The notes beneath the pieces were generated by a model. It was not told where the DNA came from. It worked only from the letters and a program-made list of their open reading frames with translations, and did no database searches. The position numbers and the translations under genes were made by a program. Shown here piece by piece: positions 8,980 to 18,574 of a stretch of 64,000 bases of DNA. The first letter of the stretch is position 1, and every line of letters begins with the position of its first letter. The stretch lies in contig CAVPSB010000019.1 in NCBI GenBank assembly GCA_963708025.1, positions 96,001 through 160,000 on the forward strand, in the 5' to 3' direction. This DNA comes from an uncultured Candidatus Rokubacteria bacterium (lineage in GTDB: Bacteria; Methylomirabilota; Methylomirabilia; Rokubacteriales; DASRDR01).

Positions 8980-11778
8980 GTGGAAGTCGCGCGACGGGTG
9001 GCAGCGGTGGAAGCGGCACTGGGGGGAGAGGACCTGGCCGGGGCACGGGCCGCGCTGGCCCGGCTCGCCGAGCTGGCACCCGAGCACGAACAGATCGGGT
9101 CGCTGCGCCGTCGGCTGGAGGAAACCGAGGCCCTGCTGGGGCGCCGAGGGCGATTGAGCGTGATCGCCGCCTCGGTGCGACAGCTCCTGAGTCGGGACGA
9201 CCTCGAGGCCGCCGGGCGGGCCGTCGAGGAGGCGCTCGGGCTCGACGGCGAGGACGCCGAGGCCCGGGCGTTGCTCGCGCGCGTCCAGGCCCGGCGTGAG
9301 GAGCGCGAGCGCGGAAACCGGGCGCAGCTCGAGCGCCGGGTGGCGCAGGCTCAGGCGCGGCTGGACTCGGGGGATCTGCTCGGGGCCATCGACCAGTTCG
9401 AGGGCGTGCTGGCCGAAGAGCCGGGCCACGAGGGGGCGACGCGAGGCCTCGCCGAGGCAGGGGCCCGGCGGGCCGCGCTCGATTCGCGGGAGGCGGCGGC
9501 GGCGCGTCAGGCCGCCATCGACGCCCTGGTGGCTGCCGGCAAACTGCGGCTCGCCGAGGGGGATCTCGTCGGCGGGATCGAGCGGTTCGAGGCGGCGCTC
9601 CGGGAGGACGGCAGCCACGCTGCGGCCCAGAAGGAGCTCGGAGAAGCGCAGAGACGGCGAGCAGCGCTGGACGACCAGGAGAAGGAGGCGGCGCGGCGAG
9701 CGGCCCTGGACGCGCAGGTGGCGGAGGGCCGTCTGCGGCTGTCCCAGGGTGACCTGATCGGCGCCATCCAGCAGTTCGAAGGGGTCCTGGCGGAGGAGGG
9801 GAGCCACGAGGAGGCGCGGCTGGCACTGGCAGAGGGCCGGCAGCGGCACGAGACGCTGGAACACCGGGTGGCCGCGGAGAGGCACCACGCGGCGCTCGAG
9901 GCGCGGGTGGCCGGGGGCCGGCTGCGGCTCTCGACCGGGGACGTGGCCGGCGCCATCGAGCACCTGGACGGGGTCCTGGCCGAAGACCACGGGCACGCCG
10001 AGGCGCGGCGGGCGCTGGCGGAGGCCCGGGAGCGACTGACGGCGATCGAGGGCCACGTCACGGCCGCATCGCAGAAGGCGGCGCTCGAGGCGCGGGTGGC
10101 GGCGGCGCAGGCGCGGCTCACCGCCGGGGACCTCGCCGGGGCCATCGAGCGATTCGAAGGGGTGGCTCGTGACGACGTGACCAACGCGGCGGCGCTGCGC
10201 GGACTCGACGAGGCGCGCGGGCAGCGCGTGGCCCGCGAGGCGAAGGAGCAAGAGACGGGGCGCCGGGCGGCGTTCGACGCGCGGGTGGCGGAGGCGCAGG
10301 CGCGGCTGGCGGCGGGGGACCTCGTCGGGGCGATCGAGCGGTTCGAGGCGATCCTCAAGGAGGACGGGGCGCATGCGGTGGCCCGGCGCGGGCTCGGGGA
10401 GGCCCGCGAGCGGTGGGCGGCGCTGGACGCGCGGGTGGCCGAAGCCCTGGCGGGGCTGACCAAGGGGAATCTCGCCGGGGTGATCGAGCGGCTCGAGAGC
10501 GTGCTCCGGGACGACGAGACCCACGCCGCGGCGCGCCAGGGGCTCGTCGAGGCGCGCCAGCGGCTGGCGGCCCAGCGGGCGCTGGAGGTGGAGGTCGGCA
10601 CCGCGCTGTCGGCCCTCGAAGGGGCGCTCGAACAGCCGGATCTCGACGCGGTCCAGGCCGCGTTCACGTGGGTGGTCGACCTCGCGCCCGACCACCCCCA
10701 GCGGGCCTCGCTCCAGGAGCGGATCGCGGAGCACCGGGAGCGCATCGAGGAGGACCGCGAGCAGACCGCGCGGGAAGGGCTGGCCGACGCCGGGCGGCTC
10801 ATCCGGGAGGGTCAGGTCGAGCGCGCGCTCGAGGTCCTGGCGCGAGTTCGCGCGCTCGTGCCGCAGCACCCGGATCTCCCGAAGCTGGAACGGCAGGCAC
10901 AGCGTCTCGTGGGGACGCGCGGCGAGCGGGTCGGGGGGCTGGTGGCCGCGGTGGGACAGGCGCTGGATCGGGGTGACCTGGACGCGGCGCAACGCGGGGT
11001 CCAGGAGGCGATGGCCATCGATGCGAAGCACCCCGGGGTCCTCGCCGCGCAGAAGCGCGTGCAGGAGCGCGTGCAAGCGAGCGCGAGCGAGCGGGTCGGG
11101 GGGCTGGTGGCCGTGGTGGGACAGGCGCTGGATCGGGATGACCTGGACGCGGCGCAACGCGGGGTCCAGGAGGCGATGGCCATCGATGCGAAGCATCCCG
11201 GGGTCCTGGCCGCGCAGGAGCGCCTGCAGGAGCGCATGCAGGCGCACGCGCGCGAGGTTGACCAGACGGGCCGGGCCGACGACCTGGCCGCCGAGGCCCG
11301 GCGGCTCCTCGAGGAGGGCAAGCTCGACGAGAGCGAAGCGCGGCAGGCGGAGCTGCGCGATCTGGCGCCGACGCACCCCCAACTCGGGCCCCTGAAGATC
11401 CGGCTCCAGGCTCGGCGCAACGACCCCGAGACCCTCGTCAAGAGCGGGTTGGACGAGGCAGCGAAGCTGATCCGCGAGGGGCGGCCCGAGCGGGTCGCGG
11501 CGGTGCTGGCCAAGGTGCGGGCGGCGGCTCCCCAGAATCCCCAGGTGGACAAGCTCGAGGCCCAGGCGCAGAAGGTGCTCGAGGCGCGCGACGTCCGGGG
11601 CCGTGTCCGGGATCTGCTGGACCGCTCCCGCAAGCTTCAGGCCAAGGGCGAGATCGCGGAGGCGCTGGCGCTGGCCGAAGAGGCGGTGAAGCTGACGCCG
11701 GACGACGGGCGGGCGCTGCGGCTGCGGGACGACCTGGCCGAGCAGCTCCAGGAGGCGCGGCGCCGCCGGAGCAAGTGA
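8980..11778 (+). CDS. Large TPR-like helical repeat protein
   Basis: 1010-aa ORF from 8746; probable GTG start at 8980 after AGGAGG; repeated ~60-aa unit (ARLAAGDLVGAIERFEGVL...H...ARRGL). Confidence 0.75.
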   Translation: MEVARRVAAVEAALGGEDLAGARAALARLAELAPEHEQIGSLRRRLEETEALLGRRGRLSVIAASVRQLLSRDDLEAAGRAVEEALGLDGEDAEARALLARVQARREERERGNRAQLERRVAQAQARLDSGDLLGAIDQFEGVLAEEPGHEGATRGLAEAGARRAALDSREAAAARQAAIDALVAAGKLRLAEGDLVGGIERFEAALREDGSHAAAQKELGEAQRRRAALDDQEKEAARRAALDAQVAEGRLRLSQGDLIGAIQQFEGVLAEEGSHEEARLALAEGRQRHETLEHRVAAERHHAALEARVAGGRLRLSTGDVAGAIEHLDGVLAEDHGHAEARRALAEARERLTAIEGHVTAASQKAALEARVAAAQARLTAGDLAGAIERFEGVARDDVTNAAALRGLDEARGQRVAREAKEQETGRRAAFDARVAEAQARLAAGDLVGAIERFEAILKEDGAHAVARRGLGEARERWAALDARVAEALAGLTKGNLAGVIERLESVLRDDETHAAARQGLVEARQRLAAQRALEVEVGTALSALEGALEQPDLDAVQAAFTWVVDLAPDHPQRASLQERIAEHRERIEEDREQTAREGLADAGRLIREGQVERALEVLARVRALVPQHPDLPKLERQAQRLVGTRGERVGGLVAAVGQALDRGDLDAAQRGVQEAMAIDAKHPGVLAAQKRVQERVQASASERVGGLVAVVGQALDRDDLDAAQRGVQEAMAIDAKHPGVLAAQERLQERMQAHAREVDQTGRADDLAAEARRLLEEGKLDESEARQAELRDLAPTHPQLGPLKIRLQARRNDPETLVKSGLDEAAKLIREGRPERVAAVLAKVRAAAPQNPQVDKLEAQAQKVLEARDVRGRVRDLLDRSRKLQAKGEIAEALALAEEAVKLTPDDGRALRLRDDLAEQLQEARRRRSK
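10924..11250 (+). repeat. Intragenic 165-bp near-identical tandem duplication
   Basis: GAGCGGGTCGGGGGGCTGGTGGCC starts at 10924 and again at 11089; encodes a 55-aa unit twice. Confidence 0.85.
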
Positions 11779-11850
11779 CGCGGCAGCGCGCCGAGGGCCG
11801 CTCCCACTCCGCTTCGTAGCAGGGGCGCGGGGGCGTCCGGCCGATCAGGG

Positions 11851-12879
11851 TCAGGACGCGCCGAACTCCGCGCGCAGGATCTTCGCGGCTGCCACCATGG
11901 CCCGCAGCTTGCCGGCGGCGACGTCGCGGGACAGGTACTTCATCCCGCAGTCTGGCGCGAGGATCACGTTCGCCGGCTCGACGTACGGCAGCGCCCGCTT
12001 GACGCGCGCGACGACCGTCTGCGGCGTCTCGATCGTGGGATCGCTGAGGTCGAGGCAGCCCACCATGATCTGCTTCCTCGGGAGCGTCGCCAGCACCGCG
12101 CAGTCGAGCTTCGACTGCGCCGTCTCGATCGAGACCTGGTGGACCGGGCACCCGGCCAGCTCGGGCAGGAAGGAGTAGCCCGAGGGGCGCTGGTGGATGA
12201 TCGCGGCGTAGCCGAAGCAGATGTGCACGGCCGTGGGGCCGGCGACACCCTCCAGCGCCCGGTTGAGCGCCTGCAGCCCGTACTGGCGCGCCTTGTCGGG
12301 CCGCGCCTGCATGTACGGCTCGTCGATCTGCACGACGTCGGCGCCGGCGGCGAAGAGGTCGCGGATCTCCTCGTTGACCGCGGCCGCGTAGTCCATCGCC
12401 GCCGCCTCCGGGCTCGGGTAGTAGTCGTTCTGGGCCTGCTGGCTCATCGTGAACGGGCCCGGCACGGTGATCCGGATCGGCCTCGCCGTGTGGGCGCGCA
12501 GGAAGCGCACGTCCTCGACCTCGACCGGCCGCGCGCGGCGGACCGGCCCGACGATGCGCGGCACCGGGTTCGGGTGGCCCGATCGGTCCAGGGCGGTGCC
12601 GGGGTTGTCGACGTCGACGCCCTCCAGCGCGGTGGCGAAGCGGTTCGAGTAGCTCTCGCGCCGGATCTCGCCGTCGGTGATGACGTCGAGCCCCGCCTCC
12701 TCCTGGGCGCGGATCGCCAGCAGCGTCGCGTCGTCCTGCGCGCCCTGGAGCCAGGGATCGGCGACGCGCCACAGCTCCCGCGCACGGACCCGGGGCGGGA
12801 AGCGGCCGGCCAGCTTCGGGCGGTCGATCAGCCAGTCCGGCTGCGGGTAGCTGCCGACGAGCGTGGTCGGGAACAGCAT
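11851..12879 (-). CDS. Second MetE-like catalytic-domain protein
   Basis: PTTLVGSYPQP, TDGEIRRE, HICFGY, IET, APDCG. Confidence 0.9.
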   Translation of the reverse strand: MLFPTTLVGSYPQPDWLIDRPKLAGRFPPRVRARELWRVADPWLQGAQDDATLLAIRAQEEAGLDVITDGEIRRESYSNRFATALEGVDVDNPGTALDRSGHPNPVPRIVGPVRRARPVEVEDVRFLRAHTARPIRITVPGPFTMSQQAQNDYYPSPEAAAMDYAAAVNEEIRDLFAAGADVVQIDEPYMQARPDKARQYGLQALNRALEGVAGPTAVHICFGYAAIIHQRPSGYSFLPELAGCPVHQVSIETAQSKLDCAVLATLPRKQIMVGCLDLSDPTIETPQTVVARVKRALPYVEPANVILAPDCGMKYLSRDVAAGKLRAMVAAAKILRAEFGAS

Positions 12880-12924
12880 CGCGAGTCCTCCTCGGGGGAA
12901 GAAGGGGCGGGAGCCGGTGAGACC

Positions 12925-13203
12925 CTAGGCCTCGGGAGCCGGCGGCCGCCGGTCCGGCGACGGCCCCATGCCGAACCGCTCGCGGAGCAGCTGCACCAGG
13001 GCCTCCGGCACCCGCTCGGTGGCGCCCAGGCAGGACTGGCAGATCAGCCGGACGTGCCGGGTCCCGAACTCCTCCCACAAGCCGACCTTGTGGAAGATCT
13101 CGAGGGTCCTGGTCGGCCCGTCCCAGGCCACGAGGTAGAGGTGACAGCTCGGGCAGATGAACTCGTGGGGACTCCGGCTCGACCGCGGAACCTCGGGCGC
13201 CAT
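12925..13203 (-). CDS. Small putative zinc-ribbon protein
   Basis: RBS GGAGGAG before ATG 13203; CPSC...CQSC. Confidence 0.6.
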   Translation of the reverse strand: MAPEVPRSSRSPHEFICPSCHLYLVAWDGPTRTLEIFHKVGLWEEFGTRHVRLICQSCLGATERVPEALVQLLRERFGMGPSPDRRPPAPEA

Positions 13204-13396
13204 GGCTCTCCTCCCCGTCGGCGCCGGCAGCGGCGCCGCTCCACTATACGGCATTCCGCCGGCAAGGGGGCTGGAGGGGGATCGTCACGACGGCAAGACC
13301 GGGCAGGCTGGTCCCGACCGGGATTTCGTGCTATGAACGGCGGGGCCCCGCCACCCCAGCTCGCTGGGAGATGCGCCGGCAAGTCACGCGGCACAA

Positions 13397-13548
13397 CTGA
13401 GAGGGTGTGAAGGAATGGGTCCTCCGGCTCCCCCCTCCCCCCCGGTGCCCACCGGAGGGACGGGACGTCGCGAGGGCCGTAGGCCCGAGCCGTCCCGGCG
13501 ATCCGATCAAGAGGGAGGGGGGTTGGGGGTGGGCGGGAGGTCCCGAAC
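13397..13548 (+). repeat. Palindromic repeat family C, copy 1
   Basis: TGAGAG..TGAA..GGGTCCTCCGGCTCCCCC ... GGGCGGGAGGTCCCGAAC; shared with 24012, 26945, 56391 and 62925. Confidence 0.8.
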
Positions 13549-13576
13549 TGACGGCATCGATGCCAGGAGGTGACCC

Positions 13577-14401
13577 ATGGAACGACGCGACTTCCTCAAG
13601 CTGACCGGGACCCTGACCCTGACGCTGGCCGCCGGGCCGGTCCGGGCGCAGACCGCCAAGGTCGAGGTGCAGTGGCTCGGCCAGGCGGCCACCCGGATCA
13701 CCACGCCCACCGGCAAGGTCATCGTCATCGACCCGTTCCTGACCAACAACCCGAAGACTCCGCCGGCCTACAAGAGCCTCGACGCGCTAGGCAAGGTCGA
13801 CGTCATCCTGGTCACCCACGGCCACGGCGACCACACGGGCGACGTGAAGGACCTGGCCGCCAAGACCGGCGCCAAGGTGTACGGGCCGGCCGGCTTGATC
13901 GCGACGATGATCGACCTGGGCTGGCTCACGGGCGAGCAGGGGGTCCGGTTCGGCAAGGGCGGCACCGTGACCCCCGCCGGCCCGCAGATCCGGGTCACCC
14001 AGGTGCGGGCCGAACACTCCTCGGAGGTCACCGTCACCGACCCCGCCACCAAGAAGACCACGACGTACCCCGGGGGCGAGCCGGCCGGCTTCATCATCGA
14101 GTTCGAGAACGGCTTCAAGCTCTACCACATGGGGGACACCGGGCTCTTCGGTGACATGCGGCTGATCGGCGAGTACTACAAGCCGGACCTGATCATGATC
14201 CCGATCGGCGGGCACTTCGTCATGGACCCGAAGGACGCCGCTTACGCCACCAAGGAGCTGATCCGACCGCGCGCGGCCATCCCGTTCCACTACGGGACCT
14301 TCCCGGTGCTTCGCGGCACGCCCCAGGAGTACATGGTCGCGCTCGGCTCCACGTTGACCCAGGTGTTTCCGATCAACCCCGGCGACAAGCTCGAGTTCTA
14401 G
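13577..14401 (+). CDS. Tat-exported metallo-beta-lactamase fold hydrolase (UPF0173-like)
   Basis: RRDFLK Tat signal; THGHGDH; YHMGDT; PIGG; IPFHY. Confidence 0.9.
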   Translation: MERRDFLKLTGTLTLTLAAGPVRAQTAKVEVQWLGQAATRITTPTGKVIVIDPFLTNNPKTPPAYKSLDALGKVDVILVTHGHGDHTGDVKDLAAKTGAKVYGPAGLIATMIDLGWLTGEQGVRFGKGGTVTPAGPQIRVTQVRAEHSSEVTVTDPATKKTTTYPGGEPAGFIIEFENGFKLYHMGDTGLFGDMRLIGEYYKPDLIMIPIGGHFVMDPKDAAYATKELIRPRAAIPFHYGTFPVLRGTPQEYMVALGSTLTQVFPINPGDKLEF

Positions 14402-14402
14402 C

Positions 14403-14547
14403 GGGCGGGGCCGATGAGCGTCGCATCGCGTCGTCCTCGGTCGTCGCCGATCCTCGGCGTACTCGGAGTACGCCTCCGGTCGGCGACTCCCTGCGTCCTT
14501 CGGACGGCCTTCGGCCTGGGGGCGCTGCTCGCTCCTCGGCCCCGCCC
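14403..14547 (+). repeat. Structured repeat family B, copy 1 (shorter)
   Basis: Terminal IR matching 17/18; core TCGTCGCCGATCCTCGGCGTACTCGGAGTACGCC shared with 47879-48086 and 61070-61263. Confidence 0.85.
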
Positions 14548-14647
14548 CTGAGTTGACTCATCTGCCATGACGTTAGCGCGTCAAGGAACCTAACGTCGTG
14601 CGGGGGTGGACTTTGCTCCCCACCCTCACTGGCCGGGGTATCCTCGG

Positions 14648-17073
14648 GTGACCGAGCACGCGCGGGCGGTCGTGGTCGGCGGCGGGGTCGTCGGCTGCAG
14701 CCTCGCCTACCACCTGACCGCGCGCGGCTGGCGCGACGTCGTGCTCCTGGAGCGAGCCGAGCTGACCAGCGGCTCCACGTTCCACGCCGCGGGCCTGGTG
14801 GGACAGCTCCGCTCGTCGGTCGCGCTCACGCGCCTCATGATGTGGAGCGTCGAGTGCTACCGGCGGCTCGCCGCCGAGACCGGCCGGGATCCGGGCTGGC
14901 ACGAGGTCGGCAGCCTGCGGCTCGCCTCCTCGACCGAGCGGATGGCCGAGCTCTCCCGGCAGGCGGGCTGGGCCAAGTCCTTCGGCCTGCCGCTGGAGGC
15001 GATCGGCGCCGAGGAGGCCCGAGCGCTCTTTCCCGTCCTCTCGCTCGAAGGGCTGCACGGGGCGGTCTACCTGCCGACCGACGGCCACGTGGACCCTGGC
15101 GGCCTGGCCGCGGCGCTGGCGGAGGGGGCGCGCCGGCGCGGCGCCGCGATCCGCACCGGCGTGCGGGTCACCGGGATCACGATGCAGGATGGCCGCGTCC
15201 ACGAGGTCCAGACCGACCACGGGGCGATTCGCACGGAGGTCGTCGTCAACGCCGCCGGGATGTGGGCCCCGGAGATCGGGCGGATGGTCGGCGTGACGGT
15301 CCCGCTGGTCCCGCTCCGTCACCAGTACCTGACCACCAAGCCGATCGACGGCGTCCACCCCCGGATACCCACCATGCGCGACCCGGACCTCCTCGACTAC
15401 TTCCGCGAGGAGGTCGGCGGGCTCGTCGTCGGCGGCTGGGAGCGGAACCCCGTCGCGTGGGGGCTCGAGGGCATCCCGGCCGACTTCAACCACCGACTCC
15501 TGCCTCCCGACTGGGAGCAGTTCGCCCCGCTCATGGAGAACGCCGTCCGCCGCATCCCGGCCCTCGCCACCGCCGAGGTCGTGCGGCTGGTTCACGGACC
15601 CGAGGCCTTCACGCCCGACGGCGAGTTCATCCTCGGCGAGGCGCCCGAGGCCGGCGGCTTCTTCGTGGCCGCCGGCTTCTGCGCCCACGGGATCGCGGGG
15701 GCGGGGGCGCCGGGCGCATCGTGGCCGACTGGATCGTGGACGGCGACCCGGGGCTCGACCTCTGGCACATGGACCTCCGGCGCTTCGGGGCCCAGTACCG
15801 CTCTCGCCGGCTCGTGACCGAGCGCGCCCGCGAGATCTACGGGAGCTACTACGACATCCGGTACCCGGGCCAGGAGCGCAGCGCGGGGCGCGGGCTGCGG
15901 CTGTCGCCCGTGCACGCGCGCCTCGCCGCGCTGGGGGCGGCGTTCGGCGAGAAGGCCGGCTGGGAGCGGCCGAACTGGGTCGAGGCGAACGCGACGGACG
16001 GGAGCGAGGCCCGCCGGCCCCGCGGCTTCGCCGGCCGTCACTGGTCCCCGGCGATCGAGGCCGAGCACGCCGCCACCCGCGAGCGGGCGGGGTTGTTCGA
16101 CGAGACGTCGTTCGCCAAGTTCGAGGTGGTCGGCCCCGGCGCCATCGCGCTCCTGCAGCGCCTGGCGGACAACGACGTCGACCGGCCCCCGGGCTCGGTC
16201 GTCTACACCGCGATGCTGAATGCCCGCGGCGGGATCGAGTGTGACTTCACGATCACGCGGCTGGCCGCCGACCGCTTCCGCATCGTCACCGGCTCGGCCT
16301 TCGGCACCCACGACCGGGGCTGGATCAGCCGCCATTTGCCGCGGGACGGCTCCGTCTCGCTGATCGACGTCACCGGCGCCTACGCCTGCGTCGGCCTGTT
16401 CGGGCCCCGGGCGCGCGACATCCTCGCGAGCGTGACCGACGCCGACGTCTCCAACGCCGGCTTCCCGTACCTGACGGCGCGGGAGCTGGCGGTGGGCCGG
16501 GCGCCGGCCCTGGCGGCGCGGGTGACCTACGTCGGCGAGCTGGGCTGGGAGCTGTACACGCCGAGCGAGTATGGGCTCGAGCTGTGGGACACGCTGTGGG
16601 AGGCCGGCCGTCCGCTCGGCCTCGTGGCCGCCGGCTACCGGGCCATCGACTCGCTCCGGCTCGAGAAGGGCTACCGCTACTGGAGCGCCGACATCACCCC
16701 CGACGACACGCCCTACGAGGCCGGGCTCGGCTTCGCCGTCCGGCTCGGGAAGGGCGACTTCATCGGGCGGGAGGCGCTGGTCCGTCAGAAGGCGGAGGGC
16801 GTGCGGCGGAAACTCTGCTGCCTGACGCTCGCCGATCCACTCGCGGTGGCGCTGGGCGGCGAGCCGGTGCGCATGGACGGGCGGGTCGTGGGCCGGGTCA
16901 CCAGCGGCGGCTTTGGCTACACGGTCGGCCTCAGCATCGCCTACGCGTACCTGCCGGTCGAGCTGGCCACGCCCGGCGTCGCGGTCGCGGTGGAGGTCTT
17001 CGGCGACTGGATCGCCGGCGCCGTCACCGCCGAGCCGCTGTGGGATCCCAAGGGCGAGCGCGTCCGGAGCTAG
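14648..17073 (+). CDS. GcvT-family FAD oxidoreductase (dimethylglycine/sarcosine dehydrogenase-like), one frameshift near 15705
   Basis: GGGVVG, TSGSTFHAAG, FTPDG, GWERP, SLRLEKGY; N- and C-terminal halves are in different frames. Confidence 0.85.
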
Positions 17074-17173
17074 GGTCCATCTCTGAAGCCGACGGAGCAG
17101 TGCGGCCCGCGGGTGTCATGAGCGCTGCCCGATCGGCGTTCGGTGGCATGATATCGTCTTAGCTCACAGGCCC

Positions 17174-17863
17174 ATGGTACACGGAGAGCTCCATCGCACT
17201 CGGCGGATCGGCTGGCTTCGCGCGGCCGTTCTCGGCGCCAACGACGGCCTCATCTCGACAGGGAGCCTCGTCGTTGGCGTCGCCTCCGCCCAGGCGGCCC
17301 GCGAGGACGTGTTGCTCGCCGCCGTCGCCGGGCTGGTGGCCGGCGCCTTCTCCATGGCCGCCGGCGAGTACGTGTCCGTCAGCTCCCAGGCCGACACCGA
17401 ACGCGCCGACCTCGCCCGGGAGCGGCACGAGCTTGCCACCGACCCGGCGAAGGAACGGGCCGAGCTGGCTGCGATCTACGTCGCCCGGGGTCTCAGCCCC
17501 GACCTCGCCGGTCAAGTCGCTGACCAGCTCATGGCCCACGATCCCCTCGGCGCCCATGCCCGCGACGAGCTCGGCATGTCGGAGAGCACTCGCGCCAGGC
17601 CCCTCGAGGCCGCTCTCGCTTCAGCGGTAGCCTTTGTGGCTGGAGCGCTTCCTCCCCTCGTGCTCGCCGCCGGAGCACCGACTCCGATTCTGCCCGCCCT
17701 CGTGGGTGGCACCGGCTTGATCCTCCTCGCCGTCCTCGGCGGAGTCGCGGCTCGCCTCGGCGGTGCCCCGATCTTGGCCGGGGCGGCTCGGGTCATATTC
17801 TGGGGGGCGGTCGCCATGGGCTGTACAGCCCTGGTCGGGAGGCTGTTCGCTGGCAGCGTGTAG
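17174..17863 (+). CDS. VIT1/CCC1 family Fe/Mn transporter
   Basis: WLRAAVLGANDG, SMAAGEYVSVSSQ, AHARDELG. Confidence 0.92.
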   Translation: MVHGELHRTRRIGWLRAAVLGANDGLISTGSLVVGVASAQAAREDVLLAAVAGLVAGAFSMAAGEYVSVSSQADTERADLARERHELATDPAKERAELAAIYVARGLSPDLAGQVADQLMAHDPLGAHARDELGMSESTRARPLEAALASAVAFVAGALPPLVLAAGAPTPILPALVGGTGLILLAVLGGVAARLGGAPILAGAARVIFWGAVAMGCTALVGRLFAGSV

Positions 17864-17901
17864 CCGACCGGCCTGCCGCGGTACCCTCGCTTGCCGCTGA
17901 A

Positions 17902-18435
17902 TCAGCCTTTCAGGATGCGGCCGACGGCGGGCAGGAACCGGGCCGTGAAGCGGGCGGTGTCCACCGCGGTGCAGACGGCGACGGGACCGCCCCGCGGTAA
18001 CCGGAGCCCGGCGCCGGTGCCGTCGGGGCGGACGTCGACGGTCTGGCCATAGGTCGTCTCGCCGCGCAGCTCCACGCCGACCTCCATTCGCTCCGTCGTC
18101 ACCATCGGGCGATCCAGCACGACGCCGACGGCCAGCGGGTCGTGGAGCCAGCAGCCCTCGAGGCCGCGCCGGGCGCCGACGAAGCGGATCCAGGGCGCGC
18201 ACACCTGCCGGACGAGGCGCGCGGCCGGGGTCCCCCCGGCCGTGAGGGCGTCGAGATCCTGCAGCGTGAGGCAGGTCAGGGTGGTGACGTCGAGTCCGAC
18301 CATCGGGAGCGGGGCCCCCGACCGGAAGACCACGTGGGCGGCCTCGGGGTCGTTGGCGAGGTCGTCGATGTCCGCGCCCGGGATGCCGGCGCTCGGGTCG
18401 GTGTCGATGATCACGCGGGTCGGAGTGGCTGACAC
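17902..18435 (-). pseudogene. Nucleoside hydrolase with an internal in-frame deletion
   Basis: N-terminal IIDTD...DIDD joined directly to NDPEAA, VGLDVT, LHDPLAV; only ~177 aa. Confidence 0.65.
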
Positions 18436-18574
18436 GGGTGGGGCACTCGCGGCCGAGTCTCGCACGGGGGCGAACGGTGGGTCAACGCGCGGCGTGGTCG
18501 TCGGGGCCGCGTTTCCAGGCTTTACAGCCGGTCACGCCTGGGCCGAGAATAGCCGAGGAGTCTCCCGCACCAGC

